Shown here one piece after another: positions 50,289 to 57,951 of a DNA stretch of 64,000 bases. The stretch covers positions 16,301-80,300 of the forward strand of contig JBMOFC010000001.1 in NCBI GenBank assembly GCA_049314455.1. Direction: 5' to 3'. How positions within the stretch are numbered: the first letter of the stretch is position 1; the number at the start of each line of letters is the position of its first letter. Under the pieces are notes generated by a model. The model was given only the letters and a program-made list of their open reading frames with translations, ran no database searches and had not been told where the DNA came from. The DNA is from Chthoniobacterales bacterium (lineage in GTDB: Bacteria; Verrucomicrobiota; Verrucomicrobiia; Chthoniobacterales; UBA6821). Made by a program: the position numbers and the translations under genes.

Positions 50289-50456
50289 TCAGAAGAAGGT
50301 TTTTTTCTTCTTTGAAGATACTTGTGTTATGTTTGACGCAGTGCTGGTTTGCCTTCCTTGTTCTACATTTGTTTCTGATTCTTTTGCATCATCTTGAGGA
50401 AGCTTTGAGTATGATATTGCTCCATACTTAGGGAATTTGGTGTTTGAAAAGCTCAT
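50289..50456 (-). pseudogene. Short Ser/Thr-rich ORF (55 aa), possibly a truncated orphan
   Basis: Translated by hand: MSFSNTKFPKYGAISYSKLPQDDAKESETNVEQGRQTSTASNITQVSSKKKKTFF*; the stop follows an A-run. Confidence 0.3.
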
Positions 50457-50531
50457 GGTTTGTATAGATGGAATGTTTGTAACAGCTCAGGTATCTAAAA
50501 AGCAGACTATCTCAATGTGTTATTATCGTCG

Positions 50532-50680
50532 TATCCGTTCAAAGCAACGGATAGGAAGATAGTAGATGGTAGATAGAAGATAGGATCCAAGGCTTTCGGC
50601 AATTGATCAACCTATTTTCACCAACCTAAGCAGGTCGACTCCCATCTTCCATCTTCTTAACCATTCCTATGAACGGGCAC
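50532..50680. repeat. Hairpin-capped heptamer cassette, copy 3
   Basis: TATCCGTTCAAAGCAACGGATA + GGAAGAT AGTAGAT GGTAGAT AGAAGAT + core + CCCATCTTCCATCTTC + ACCATTCCTATGAACGGGCAC; inverted near-copy of 9234-9395. Confidence 0.9.
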
Positions 50681-50708
50681 TTATCGTCTACTTCCAGGTT
50701 TAGGGGTT

Positions 50709-50953
50709 TAGAGCATTTTAAAAAATTCTGTAGCCGCACCTTGTGGTGTCACTCCGAACGTCATCCCCGCGAAGGCGGGGATCGCGTTCTCGAGTATCGC
50801 TGGCTACACTGCGGGTCTGCGCTCCTCGTTTGACTCGCTTTGCGAAGCTCACCTCGCCCTGGCTGGTCTGCCTAACGGCAGTCTGCCCGACCGACTCCCG
50901 TCGGGTCGTGTTCTGACAATGCCATCGACTACAGAATTTTTTTAAACGCTCTA
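50709..50953. mobile_element. Composite RPE-like MITE with nested REP hairpin
   Basis: TIRs TAGAGCATTTTAAAAAATTCTGTAG...CTACAGAATTTTTTTAAACGCTCTA; nested CGTCATCCCCGCGAAGGCGGGGATC at 50759-50783. Confidence 0.88.
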
Positions 50954-51140
50954 GGGGATGCCCTAGAAGCTGCTACACAGCTTGTTTAAATATAAATCTT
51001 CTGAAGATCGCTTTGCGTATTGTGTTCATGATTTCAAGAATTTTCCCCTCAACCCTTCAACCCCTAAACAAGGAACTCGGTAATGATTACTGAGTAAGTT
51101 ATCTTATTTTTCTAAGACTCCTGAGTAGTTACGAATGTTC

Positions 51141-52157
51141 CTATGTTGTCACCGTCGCAAGTGTCTGTAATATGCGACCAGCGATTTTGTAAGGATCACC
51201 TTGGGAGTTCGGACGGCGATCTTCAAGGTAGCCTTTGTAACCGTTGTTCACGAAACTGTGTGGTACACGAATAGAGGCGCCGCGGTTGGCAACGCCATAG
51301 TTAAATTTATCAATCGATTGAGTTTCATGAAGTCCGGTAAGGCGTAGATGATTGTCAGGCCCATAGACGGCGATATGTTCATTTTTATAGTTGTCAAAAG
51401 CCATCATGACTTTTTCAAAATATTCTTTACCACCATGCTCGCGGAGTTTTTTGGTCGAAAAGTTGCAATGCATTCCCGAGCCGTTCCAATCAAGATCCTT
51501 GCCGAGCGGCTTGCAATGGTATTCTACATCGATACCGTAGCTTTCCCCTAGGCGCTGCAAGAGGTATCTTGCTATCCAGACCTCATCAGCAGCTTTTTTG
51601 GAACCTTTGCCAAAAATTTGAAACTCCCATTGTCCTTTGGCGACTTCTGCATTAATCCCTTCGTGATGGATGCCGGCGGCCAAGCAGATTTCGAGATGTT
51701 CGTAGACCATTTGACGTGCCTGAGAACCAATATTGGAAAATCCAACACCACAGTAATACTGACCTTGTGGAGCAGGGTATCCCTCCTTTGGAAAACCCAG
51801 AGGTCGACCATCTTGGTAGAGAAAATATTCTTGTTCAAAACCAAACCACGCATCGGGATCATCTAAAATTGTAGCACGAGCATTTGATGGGTGAGGTGTG
51901 CCATCAGGCATCATGACTTCACACATGACTAAAAAAGCATCTTCCATCGTGACATCTGGATAGAGCGCTACAGGCTTCAACATACAATCAGAGCTCTTTC
52001 CCTCTGCTTGACGTGTCGAACTTCCATCAAAACTCCATGCTGGAATGTCTGCGAGTGTTGGTTCCGTTGTAAATTCTTTAACCTGTAATTTGCTGCGGAG
52101 GTTGGGGACAGGTTCATAACCGTCGAGCCAGATATATTCTAATTTGTACTTAGTCAT
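51141..52157 (-). CDS. glnII: Glutamine synthetase type II (GSII)
   Basis: 338 aa; LEYIWLDG, WSFDGSST, GFEQEY, GINAEVAKGQWEFQI, DWNGSGMH, RLTGLHET, GYLEDRRP. Confidence 0.92.
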   Translation of the reverse strand: MTKYKLEYIWLDGYEPVPNLRSKLQVKEFTTEPTLADIPAWSFDGSSTRQAEGKSSDCMLKPVALYPDVTMEDAFLVMCEVMMPDGTPHPSNARATILDDPDAWFGFEQEYFLYQDGRPLGFPKEGYPAPQGQYYCGVGFSNIGSQARQMVYEHLEICLAAGIHHEGINAEVAKGQWEFQIFGKGSKKAADEVWIARYLLQRLGESYGIDVEYHCKPLGKDLDWNGSGMHCNFSTKKLREHGGKEYFEKVMMAFDNYKNEHIAVYGPDNHLRLTGLHETQSIDKFNYGVANRGASIRVPHSFVNNGYKGYLEDRRPNSQGDPYKIAGRILQTLATVTT

Positions 52158-52299
52158 GGGAGCTAGAAATGTTGGAGTGAAACGTGCTGAAAAAATGATT
52201 GTAAAAAAAAATAATGACCAATCAAGTCACTTCTGACTTTATTATTGGAAATTCTGTTTTTCCTTTCCTTCTACTTCCACTTTCCACTTCAACTAAGCA

Positions 52300-52689
52300 A
52301 TGCAAGAAGTCAAAGATACATTACGAGCCACGGTTCATGTCACCTTTGATGGACGTGTGATCAAGCAGTTCCGAGGTCCTAAGGCAAAGGAGCGCTTTGC
52401 CAACGAAGTAGAAGTGCTTGGCTATTTGGAAAAGAAAGCTTGTTTTTTTGTGCCTCGCTTACTAGAGGTCGATGAGGATCGTTTGAAAATTGTCACTACA
52501 AACTGCGGTAGTCGTGTGGAGTATCTGGATGAGGAGCGCCAGAAAGAACTCTTCAAAGAGCTCGAACAATATGGCGTTCGCCATGATGATCCTGACAAAC
52601 GCAATGTGACCTACCGTCAAAAAGATGGTCGTTTTTGTCTAATCGATTTTGAATTTGCAACGATTTTGGGAGAACATTCACAAGGATAA
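52300..52689 (+). CDS. Miniature protein-kinase-fold protein (129 aa)
   Basis: RVIK (beta3 Lys), FANEV (alphaC Glu), HDDPDKRN (catalytic loop), IDFEFA (DFG-like). Confidence 0.75.
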   Translation: MQEVKDTLRATVHVTFDGRVIKQFRGPKAKERFANEVEVLGYLEKKACFFVPRLLEVDEDRLKIVTTNCGSRVEYLDEERQKELFKELEQYGVRHDDPDKRNVTYRQKDGRFCLIDFEFATILGEHSQG

Positions 52690-52721
52690 AAAATCTCTTT
52701 GTTTTCATCCCTTCCATCCCT

Positions 52722-53588
52722 GTGAATTACTCCTCTCCACCAATCTTGCGCTGGTCTGCGCACACCGATATCGGGCGTGTTCGTAAAAACAATGAAGACA
52801 GTTTTTTGGGGATCGTACTCGATACTCAAGAAGTTTCCTATTTGGGGAAAATAGGAGAGCTTTCGGATTATTCGAAGGATTATGTTTTTGCAGTGAGTGA
52901 TGGGATGGGAGGGGCAATGGCAGGTGAGTTTGCAAGCCGGATTGCTGTTGAAAAAATCACCAAGATGTTCCCCATCTACTGCAGTAAAAAAATAACAAAT
53001 CATGCTGCTGCCCTAGAAAATGATTCCTTTTACCAGTTCTTAATTGCGTTGTTTCAAGAAATTCATAGAGCTCTTCTTTTGTTGAGTGCTAGTTACGCGG
53101 AATGCCATGGTATGGGGACAACTCTGACCCTTTGCTGGATACAACATCAGCGGCTCTATTTTGCACATATCGGTGATAGTCGTCTTTACTATCTTCCCAA
53201 AGGAGGTGGTATTCAGCAAATTTCGGAAGATGATACGCATGTAGGGTGGCTTTTTCGCCAAGGAATGATTACGGAATACGAATCCAAAAATCATCCTCGT
53301 CGTAACTTGCTTCAAAAGGTACTTGGAGCGGATCATCAATTTGTCACGCCTCAGGTCGGCTTTCTGACACCTGCTCCCGGTGATCGCTTTTTGATTTGCT
53401 CCGATGGAGTAAACGATGGACTTTTCGATGCTCAGCTTCTTGATATTCTCAACACATTTACTCCTCAATCCCCCGCGCAACACCTCGTTCAGGAGGCGGT
53501 CGATCGCTCAGGTAGAGATAATGCAACGGCGATTGTCATCGAGTATCATTTCAACTTTCAGGAGAAAATTGAGATGAGTTTAAGTTGA
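52722..53588 (+). CDS. PP2C/PPM family Ser/Thr phosphatase
   Basis: TDIGRVRKNNEDS, VSDGMGG, MGTT, HIGDSRLY, CSDG, RDNAT. Confidence 0.94.
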   Translation: MNYSSPPILRWSAHTDIGRVRKNNEDSFLGIVLDTQEVSYLGKIGELSDYSKDYVFAVSDGMGGAMAGEFASRIAVEKITKMFPIYCSKKITNHAAALENDSFYQFLIALFQEIHRALLLLSASYAECHGMGTTLTLCWIQHQRLYFAHIGDSRLYYLPKGGGIQQISEDDTHVGWLFRQGMITEYESKNHPRRNLLQKVLGADHQFVTPQVGFLTPAPGDRFLICSDGVNDGLFDAQLLDILNTFTPQSPAQHLVQEAVDRSGRDNATAIVIEYHFNFQEKIEMSLS

Positions 53589-53673
53589 AAGTTGAAGTTG
53601 AAGCAGCACTCTCCTAGCTTGCAAGCAATAGAAACTCTAGGTACTTTCCTTCTTCCAATCTTTCAAATAATCT

Positions 53674-54420
53674 ATGAAACCATTAGAAAATCAGGTAGCC
53701 ATTGTCACCGGTGCTGGCCGAGGAATCGGCGAGGCCATTGCTCACCAACTCGCGCTCCAAGGCGCTAAAGTCGCGGTTGTGAGTCGTAGTGAGGCTAATT
53801 CCTCACGCGTGGCAGATGCCTTGAACCAAAAAATAGCAGGAAGTGCCAAAGCCTATGCAGTCGATGTGGCCGATTTTGAGTTGGTCCAAAAAGTCGGAGA
53901 GCAAATCATCATTGATTTTGGACGTGTTGATATTTTAGTCAACAATGCAGGGATCACCCGCGATACGCTGCTCATGCGGATGTCTTCGGAAGATTGGGAT
54001 GCTGTTCTTAACGCCAATCTCAAAGGAGCCTTTAATTTTGTTCGTGCTGTCCTGCGCCCTATGATGAAGGCCCGCTCGGGACGTATCATCAATATTAGTT
54101 CCGTGAGCGGCATCATGGGGAATGCCGGCCAAACCAATTACGCGGCAAGCAAAGCCGGCTTGATTGGCTTTAGCAAAAGCCTTGCTCGTGAAATTGCAAG
54201 TCGCAACATTACCGTCAATGTTGTCGCTCCTGGATTTATCGAAACAGACATGACTGCTGTGCTCAGCGAAGAAATTCAAAAAGCGGTCGTCACTCAAATC
54301 CCTCTAGCACGCTTTGGGAAACCAGATGATATCGCCACTGCCGTCGCCTATCTTGCAGGGCCACATGCGGGCTATATTACCGGGCAGGTATTAGCTATCG
54401 ATGGAGGGATGTCCATGTAA
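53674..54420 (+). CDS. fabG: 3-oxoacyl-ACP reductase
   Basis: TGAGRGIG, NNAGITRD, GNAGQTNYAASK, VAPGFIETDMT. Confidence 0.96.
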   Translation: MKPLENQVAIVTGAGRGIGEAIAHQLALQGAKVAVVSRSEANSSRVADALNQKIAGSAKAYAVDVADFELVQKVGEQIIIDFGRVDILVNNAGITRDTLLMRMSSEDWDAVLNANLKGAFNFVRAVLRPMMKARSGRIINISSVSGIMGNAGQTNYAASKAGLIGFSKSLAREIASRNITVNVVAPGFIETDMTAVLSEEIQKAVVTQIPLARFGKPDDIATAVAYLAGPHAGYITGQVLAIDGGMSM

Positions 54421-54558
54421 CATGGGGTTAAATTCTACTGAGGCTGCGAAGAACCGTGTTGCTGCGGTGCTCGCTCCCTCACGTATTGCTATACGCTCGG
54501 TCCTTGCGCTCCTCGACGTCTTATTCTTCATCAGCCTCAGCGAATTTAACCCCATGTT
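54419..54558. mobile_element. RPE-like MITE overlapping the fabG stop codon
   Basis: TIRs AACATGGGGTTAAATT...AATTTAACCCCATGTT; core GCTGCGGTGCTCGCTCCCTCACGTATTGCTATACGCTCGGTCCTTGCGCTCCTCGA. Confidence 0.9.
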
Positions 54559-54593
54559 GCTGCGAGAAAAGTCAACTTCAACTGGTTGAAGAG

Positions 54594-54656
54594 CGGGTCT
54601 GCGCGCCGTCGCTCCTGCTCCTTCATCAGCATCAGCGAACTTGAAGAGGGTTTTCT
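54594..54656. repeat. Half-copy of the obgE-subfamily MITE amid AACTTCA-type arrays
   Basis: Reverse complement AGAAAACCCTCTTCAAGTTCGCTGATGCTGATGAAGGAGCAGGAGCGACGGCGCGCAG aligns with ~56913-56970. Confidence 0.7.
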
Positions 54657-54837
54657 GGGTAGGTTCGGAGTGAGTTTAAAACCAGGTTGCTATGAGAAAA
54701 GATTTCTCTGCTTTAACTTCAACTTGTAACTTCAACTACCGCGAAGCGGTAGGATGCGCGCCGTCGCCTTGTTTATCAGGTTCTTTTAGTTTGAACTTGC
54801 TGACGGCAAGAATATAAGCTCGTCACTTAAAAAAACG

Positions 54838-55332
54838 ATGATTCTTTATCTTCTTAGACATGCTGAAGCAGGTCTCAAAACCAAACATGGTGACTCGAAA
54901 CGTGCACTAACGGAAGTTGGAAAACAGCAAGCGATGCGCATGGGTGCATTTTTTCAAAAACATCAGATCCAACTGGAGTTGGTTTTAACAAGCCCATTCT
55001 GTCGAGCAGTGAAGACGATGGAGGCTTTTTTTGAAACAAGTCTTACAGTTCCTTTCCTCGAGGTTCCTTGGATGGCCTCTGGTATGTCGTCCGAGACGGC
55101 ACTGAAAGAGCTTCAAGCTTATAAAAAACTTGAATCGGTGATGCTCGTAGGACATGAGCCTGATTTTAGTCATTTGATTGCAACCATGCTAGGAATGACT
55201 CATGCAGAAAATGTCAACGTTCCTAAAGCGTCCTTGACTGCTATTCAATTAGAAAAAATTGCTTCAGGCACAGGAGTACTTCAGTTCTTGATTCCTGTGG
55301 AGTTAGTCGATGAAAAATTTTTAGCTTCATGA
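54838..55332 (+). CDS. sixA: Phosphohistidine phosphatase
   Basis: LYLLRHAEA, RALT, SPFCRA, LVGHEP. Confidence 0.9.
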   Translation: MILYLLRHAEAGLKTKHGDSKRALTEVGKQQAMRMGAFFQKHQIQLELVLTSPFCRAVKTMEAFFETSLTVPFLEVPWMASGMSSETALKELQAYKKLESVMLVGHEPDFSHLIATMLGMTHAENVNVPKASLTAIQLEKIASGTGVLQFLIPVELVDEKFLAS

Positions 55333-56546
55333 AACTCCTTTTACTCACCAAAGAATATCCTCCTCATATTTACGGTGGAGCAGGGGTGCATGTAGAGTAT
55401 CTCAGTCGCGAGCTTGCTAAATTGATTTCCTTGGAAGTGCGTTGTTTTGGGGAACAGCATCAGAGCACGGAACATTTTTCTGTGCGTGGATTTTCTAGTA
55501 ACGGGCTCTTTTTGGAGTGTGCCAAGCAGTTGCAAAGTCCATTGGATGCGGCTTGGCGAGGGATTCAGTTCAATGCAGTAGGGATTGATGCTGATCTTGT
55601 CCATTGCCATACCTGGTACACCTATCTAGGCGGAATCATGGCAAAACAGCTTTATGGAATTCCACTCGTGGTCACCGTTCATTCTTTAGAGCCCCTACGT
55701 CCTTGGAAACGAGAGCAGTTAGGAGGAGGCTATGATTATTCTTGTTGGATTGAAAAGCAGACACTCACCATGGCAGATGCGGTCATTGCTGTTTCTGAGG
55801 AGACGAAACAAGATATCCTCACTCATTTTAAAATTCCAGAAGAGCGCATTTCTGTGATTCATAATGGTATTGATTTAGAAGAATATTCTAGAAGGCAAGA
55901 TCAGCATTGCTTGAAAAAACATGGGATTAACCCGCAACAGCCTTACATCCTTTTTGTAGGTCGTATCACACGTCAAAAAGGTATCATTCATCTCGTGCAT
56001 GCGATTGAAGAGATGGATCCCGGTTTTCAAATTGTCTTATGCGCAGGTGCTCCCGATACCCCAGAGATTGCTCGTGAAATGAAAATGGCTGTAGCAAAAA
56101 TTCAGGAGCGTCGTCCAGGAGTTATCTGGATTAGTGATATGGTTGAGCATCATGAAATCATTGCGCTCTATTCGGGAGCTGCTGTTTTTGTGTGTCCTTC
56201 GATTTACGAACCTTTTGGAATTATTAATTTGGAAGCGATGGCCTGTGGTGTTCCTGTGGTGGCCTCTGCGGTCGGTGGGATTAAAGAAGTTGTGGTCGAT
56301 GGAGTGACCGGATTTTTAGTCCCCTGTGAGCAGATAGAGGGAGATTCTGATATCTTATATCCAGAAAAATTCGCTCACGATCTTGCTAGTTATGTGAATC
56401 AATTGATGGCAGATCCTATTCTTGCAGCCACGATGGGGGCTGCAGGCCGACTCCGTGCAGAAAAATATTTTTCTTGGGAGAGGATTGCTAAGAAAACAGA
56501 GCGACTTTATGCTCAGGTTCTGAAAGACTCTAGCGATGTTCATTGA
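55329..56546 (+). CDS. glgA: GT4 glycogen synthase / maltose-1-phosphate synthase (actinobacterial GlgA/GlgM type)
   Basis: TKEYPPHIYGGAGVHV, HTWY, HSLEPLRPWKREQLGGGY, GRITRQKG, YEPFGIINLEAMAC. Confidence 0.9.
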   Translation: MKLLLLTKEYPPHIYGGAGVHVEYLSRELAKLISLEVRCFGEQHQSTEHFSVRGFSSNGLFLECAKQLQSPLDAAWRGIQFNAVGIDADLVHCHTWYTYLGGIMAKQLYGIPLVVTVHSLEPLRPWKREQLGGGYDYSCWIEKQTLTMADAVIAVSEETKQDILTHFKIPEERISVIHNGIDLEEYSRRQDQHCLKKHGINPQQPYILFVGRITRQKGIIHLVHAIEEMDPGFQIVLCAGAPDTPEIAREMKMAVAKIQERRPGVIWISDMVEHHEIIALYSGAAVFVCPSIYEPFGIINLEAMACGVPVVASAVGGIKEVVVDGVTGFLVPCEQIEGDSDILYPEKFAHDLASYVNQLMADPILAATMGAAGRLRAEKYFSWERIAKKTERLYAQVLKDSSDVH

Positions 56547-57807
56547 TCGTATTCGTATTCATGCAAAAGCCGGAAAGGGAGGCAATGGTTGTGCTAGCTT
56601 TCGTCGGGAGAAGTTTATTCCTAAAGGTGGCCCAGATGGCGGTGATGGAGGCGATGGAGGAAGTGTGATTCTGAGGGCTAGTACGAATGAAACACAGTTG
56701 GCTTCGTTGTTTTACAAACCAATCTTACGTGCTAAAAATGGAGCTCCCGGGTCGAGTCGTCAAAAACATGGAAAGTCTGCTCCTGACTTAATCATTCCTG
56801 TTCCTGTCGGAACCTTGGTTTATCGTGTGCCTGCACCCCAGGCCTCACCAGCCTTGGAAGAAGAGTTCGAGGCTTCTGAAAAAAAAGAGGATACTTCCTC
56901 CGCTCCAACATCAAAACCTGTTTTCAAAGTCGCTGTGGCTGATGAGGGGGAAGGAGCCGCCGACGTGCAGCGAAGGAGTGTACTTAACGTACTCGATGGA
57001 GAGAGCACCGGCGTGACGCAGTCCATCGCAGTCACAGTAGACTCTGAGAGCAGGTTCTCAGAACCTCGTTCTAAACTAGCCACTCCTGATCCTGACGATT
57101 TAGTAGCCGACTTAGCACAGTCAGGAGAAGAATTTGTCCTTTGCTTAAAAGGGCATGGAGGACGTGGAAACATTCATTTTAAAAGTTCGCGTAATCGTGC
57201 TCCGCGTCGCTTTACAGAAGGAACAGAAGGAGAAGAGGGATGGTTTCTTTTAGAACTCCGCACCATTGCTTTTGCAGGACTGGTCGGATATCCGAATGCT
57301 GGAAAATCAACTTTGCTTCGCGCTCTTTCGGCAGCCCATCCCAAAGTGGCTTCGTATGCTTTTACCACACGCCATCCACATGTTGGTGTTGTCGATTTAG
57401 ACGATTATAAGCACACCACTGTTGCCGACATTCCTGGGCTCATCGAAGGAGCTAGTCATAATCGTGGTCTAGGACATGCTTTTCTAAGACACATCATGCG
57501 TTGTCCCTTTTTACTCTTTGTGCTCGATATGGCTGGCACTGACGACCGCAAGCCATGGAATGACCTCCGTGTTTTAAGAAAAGAAATAGAGCTCTACGAT
57601 CCCGAATTAGCAGCACGTCCCTGGTGTGTGATTGCAAATAAAATGGATTCTCCGGAAGCGGCAAAAAATCTGACTCAATTTCGTAAAAAAAATCCTGACC
57701 TCAAGGTGATTCCTATTTGTGCAGAATTAGGGGAGGGCATAGACGCAGTCAAAAAAATGCTTCAAGAGGAAGTGGCTTCTTCGAATCCCATCGCACTGGA
57801 GGTTTGA
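56536..57807 (+). CDS. obgE: GTPase Obg with an in-frame palindromic insertion
   Basis: FRREKFIPKGGPDGGDGG, GYPNAGKSTL, DIPGLIEGA, NKMD; ~90-aa insert between VPVGTLVYR and LVADL. Confidence 0.97.
   Translation: MFIDRIRIHAKAGKGGNGCASFRREKFIPKGGPDGGDGGDGGSVILRASTNETQLASLFYKPILRAKNGAPGSSRQKHGKSAPDLIIPVPVGTLVYRVPAPQASPALEEEFEASEKKEDTSSAPTSKPVFKVAVADEGEGAADVQRRSVLNVLDGESTGVTQSIAVTVDSESRFSEPRSKLATPDPDDLVADLAQSGEEFVLCLKGHGGRGNIHFKSSRNRAPRRFTEGTEGEEGWFLLELRTIAFAGLVGYPNAGKSTLLRALSAAHPKVASYAFTTRHPHVGVVDLDDYKHTTVADIPGLIEGASHNRGLGHAFLRHIMRCPFLLFVLDMAGTDDRKPWNDLRVLRKEIELYDPELAARPWCVIANKMDSPEAAKNLTQFRKKNPDLKVIPICAELGEGIDAVKKMLQEEVASSNPIALEV
56913..57058. mobile_element. RPE-like MITE inserted in frame in obgE
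   Basis: TIRs AAAACCTGTTTTCAAAGTC...GACTCTGAGAGCAGGTTCT; homologous to the intergenic copy at 35430-35528. Confidence 0.85.
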
Positions 57808-57827
57808 TGGTACGTGGATGTAGAGAA

Positions 57828-57950
57828 TACCCGTTCAGCAGAATGGGTAAGGTTACAGACTACAGGCTGCAGGTAAAATGAAGCTTTCAGCGACTGAAGG
57901 TCTTTTGTAATTTTAAAACTCTTTGTTGTACTTCACCCTTGAATGGGCCC
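57828..57950. repeat. Hairpin-capped cassette related to 16751-16833
   Basis: TACCCGTTCAGCAGAATGGGTA-AGGTTACAGACTACAGGCTGCAGGTAAAATGAAGC versus TACCTGTTCAGCAGAACGGGTA-AGGTTGCAGACTGCAGGTGAAATAAAGC; right end degenerate. Confidence 0.75.
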
Positions 57951-57951
57951 T

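Noticed and set aside
51087-51134. Short direct repeats CTGAGTA(A)GTTA after glnII
   Set aside because: Only two imperfect 12-13-bp copies; too little to call an element.
56800-57100. Intein in Obg
   Set aside because: The insert is too short, lacks an N-terminal Cys and C-terminal His-Asn, and is explained by a DNA palindrome.
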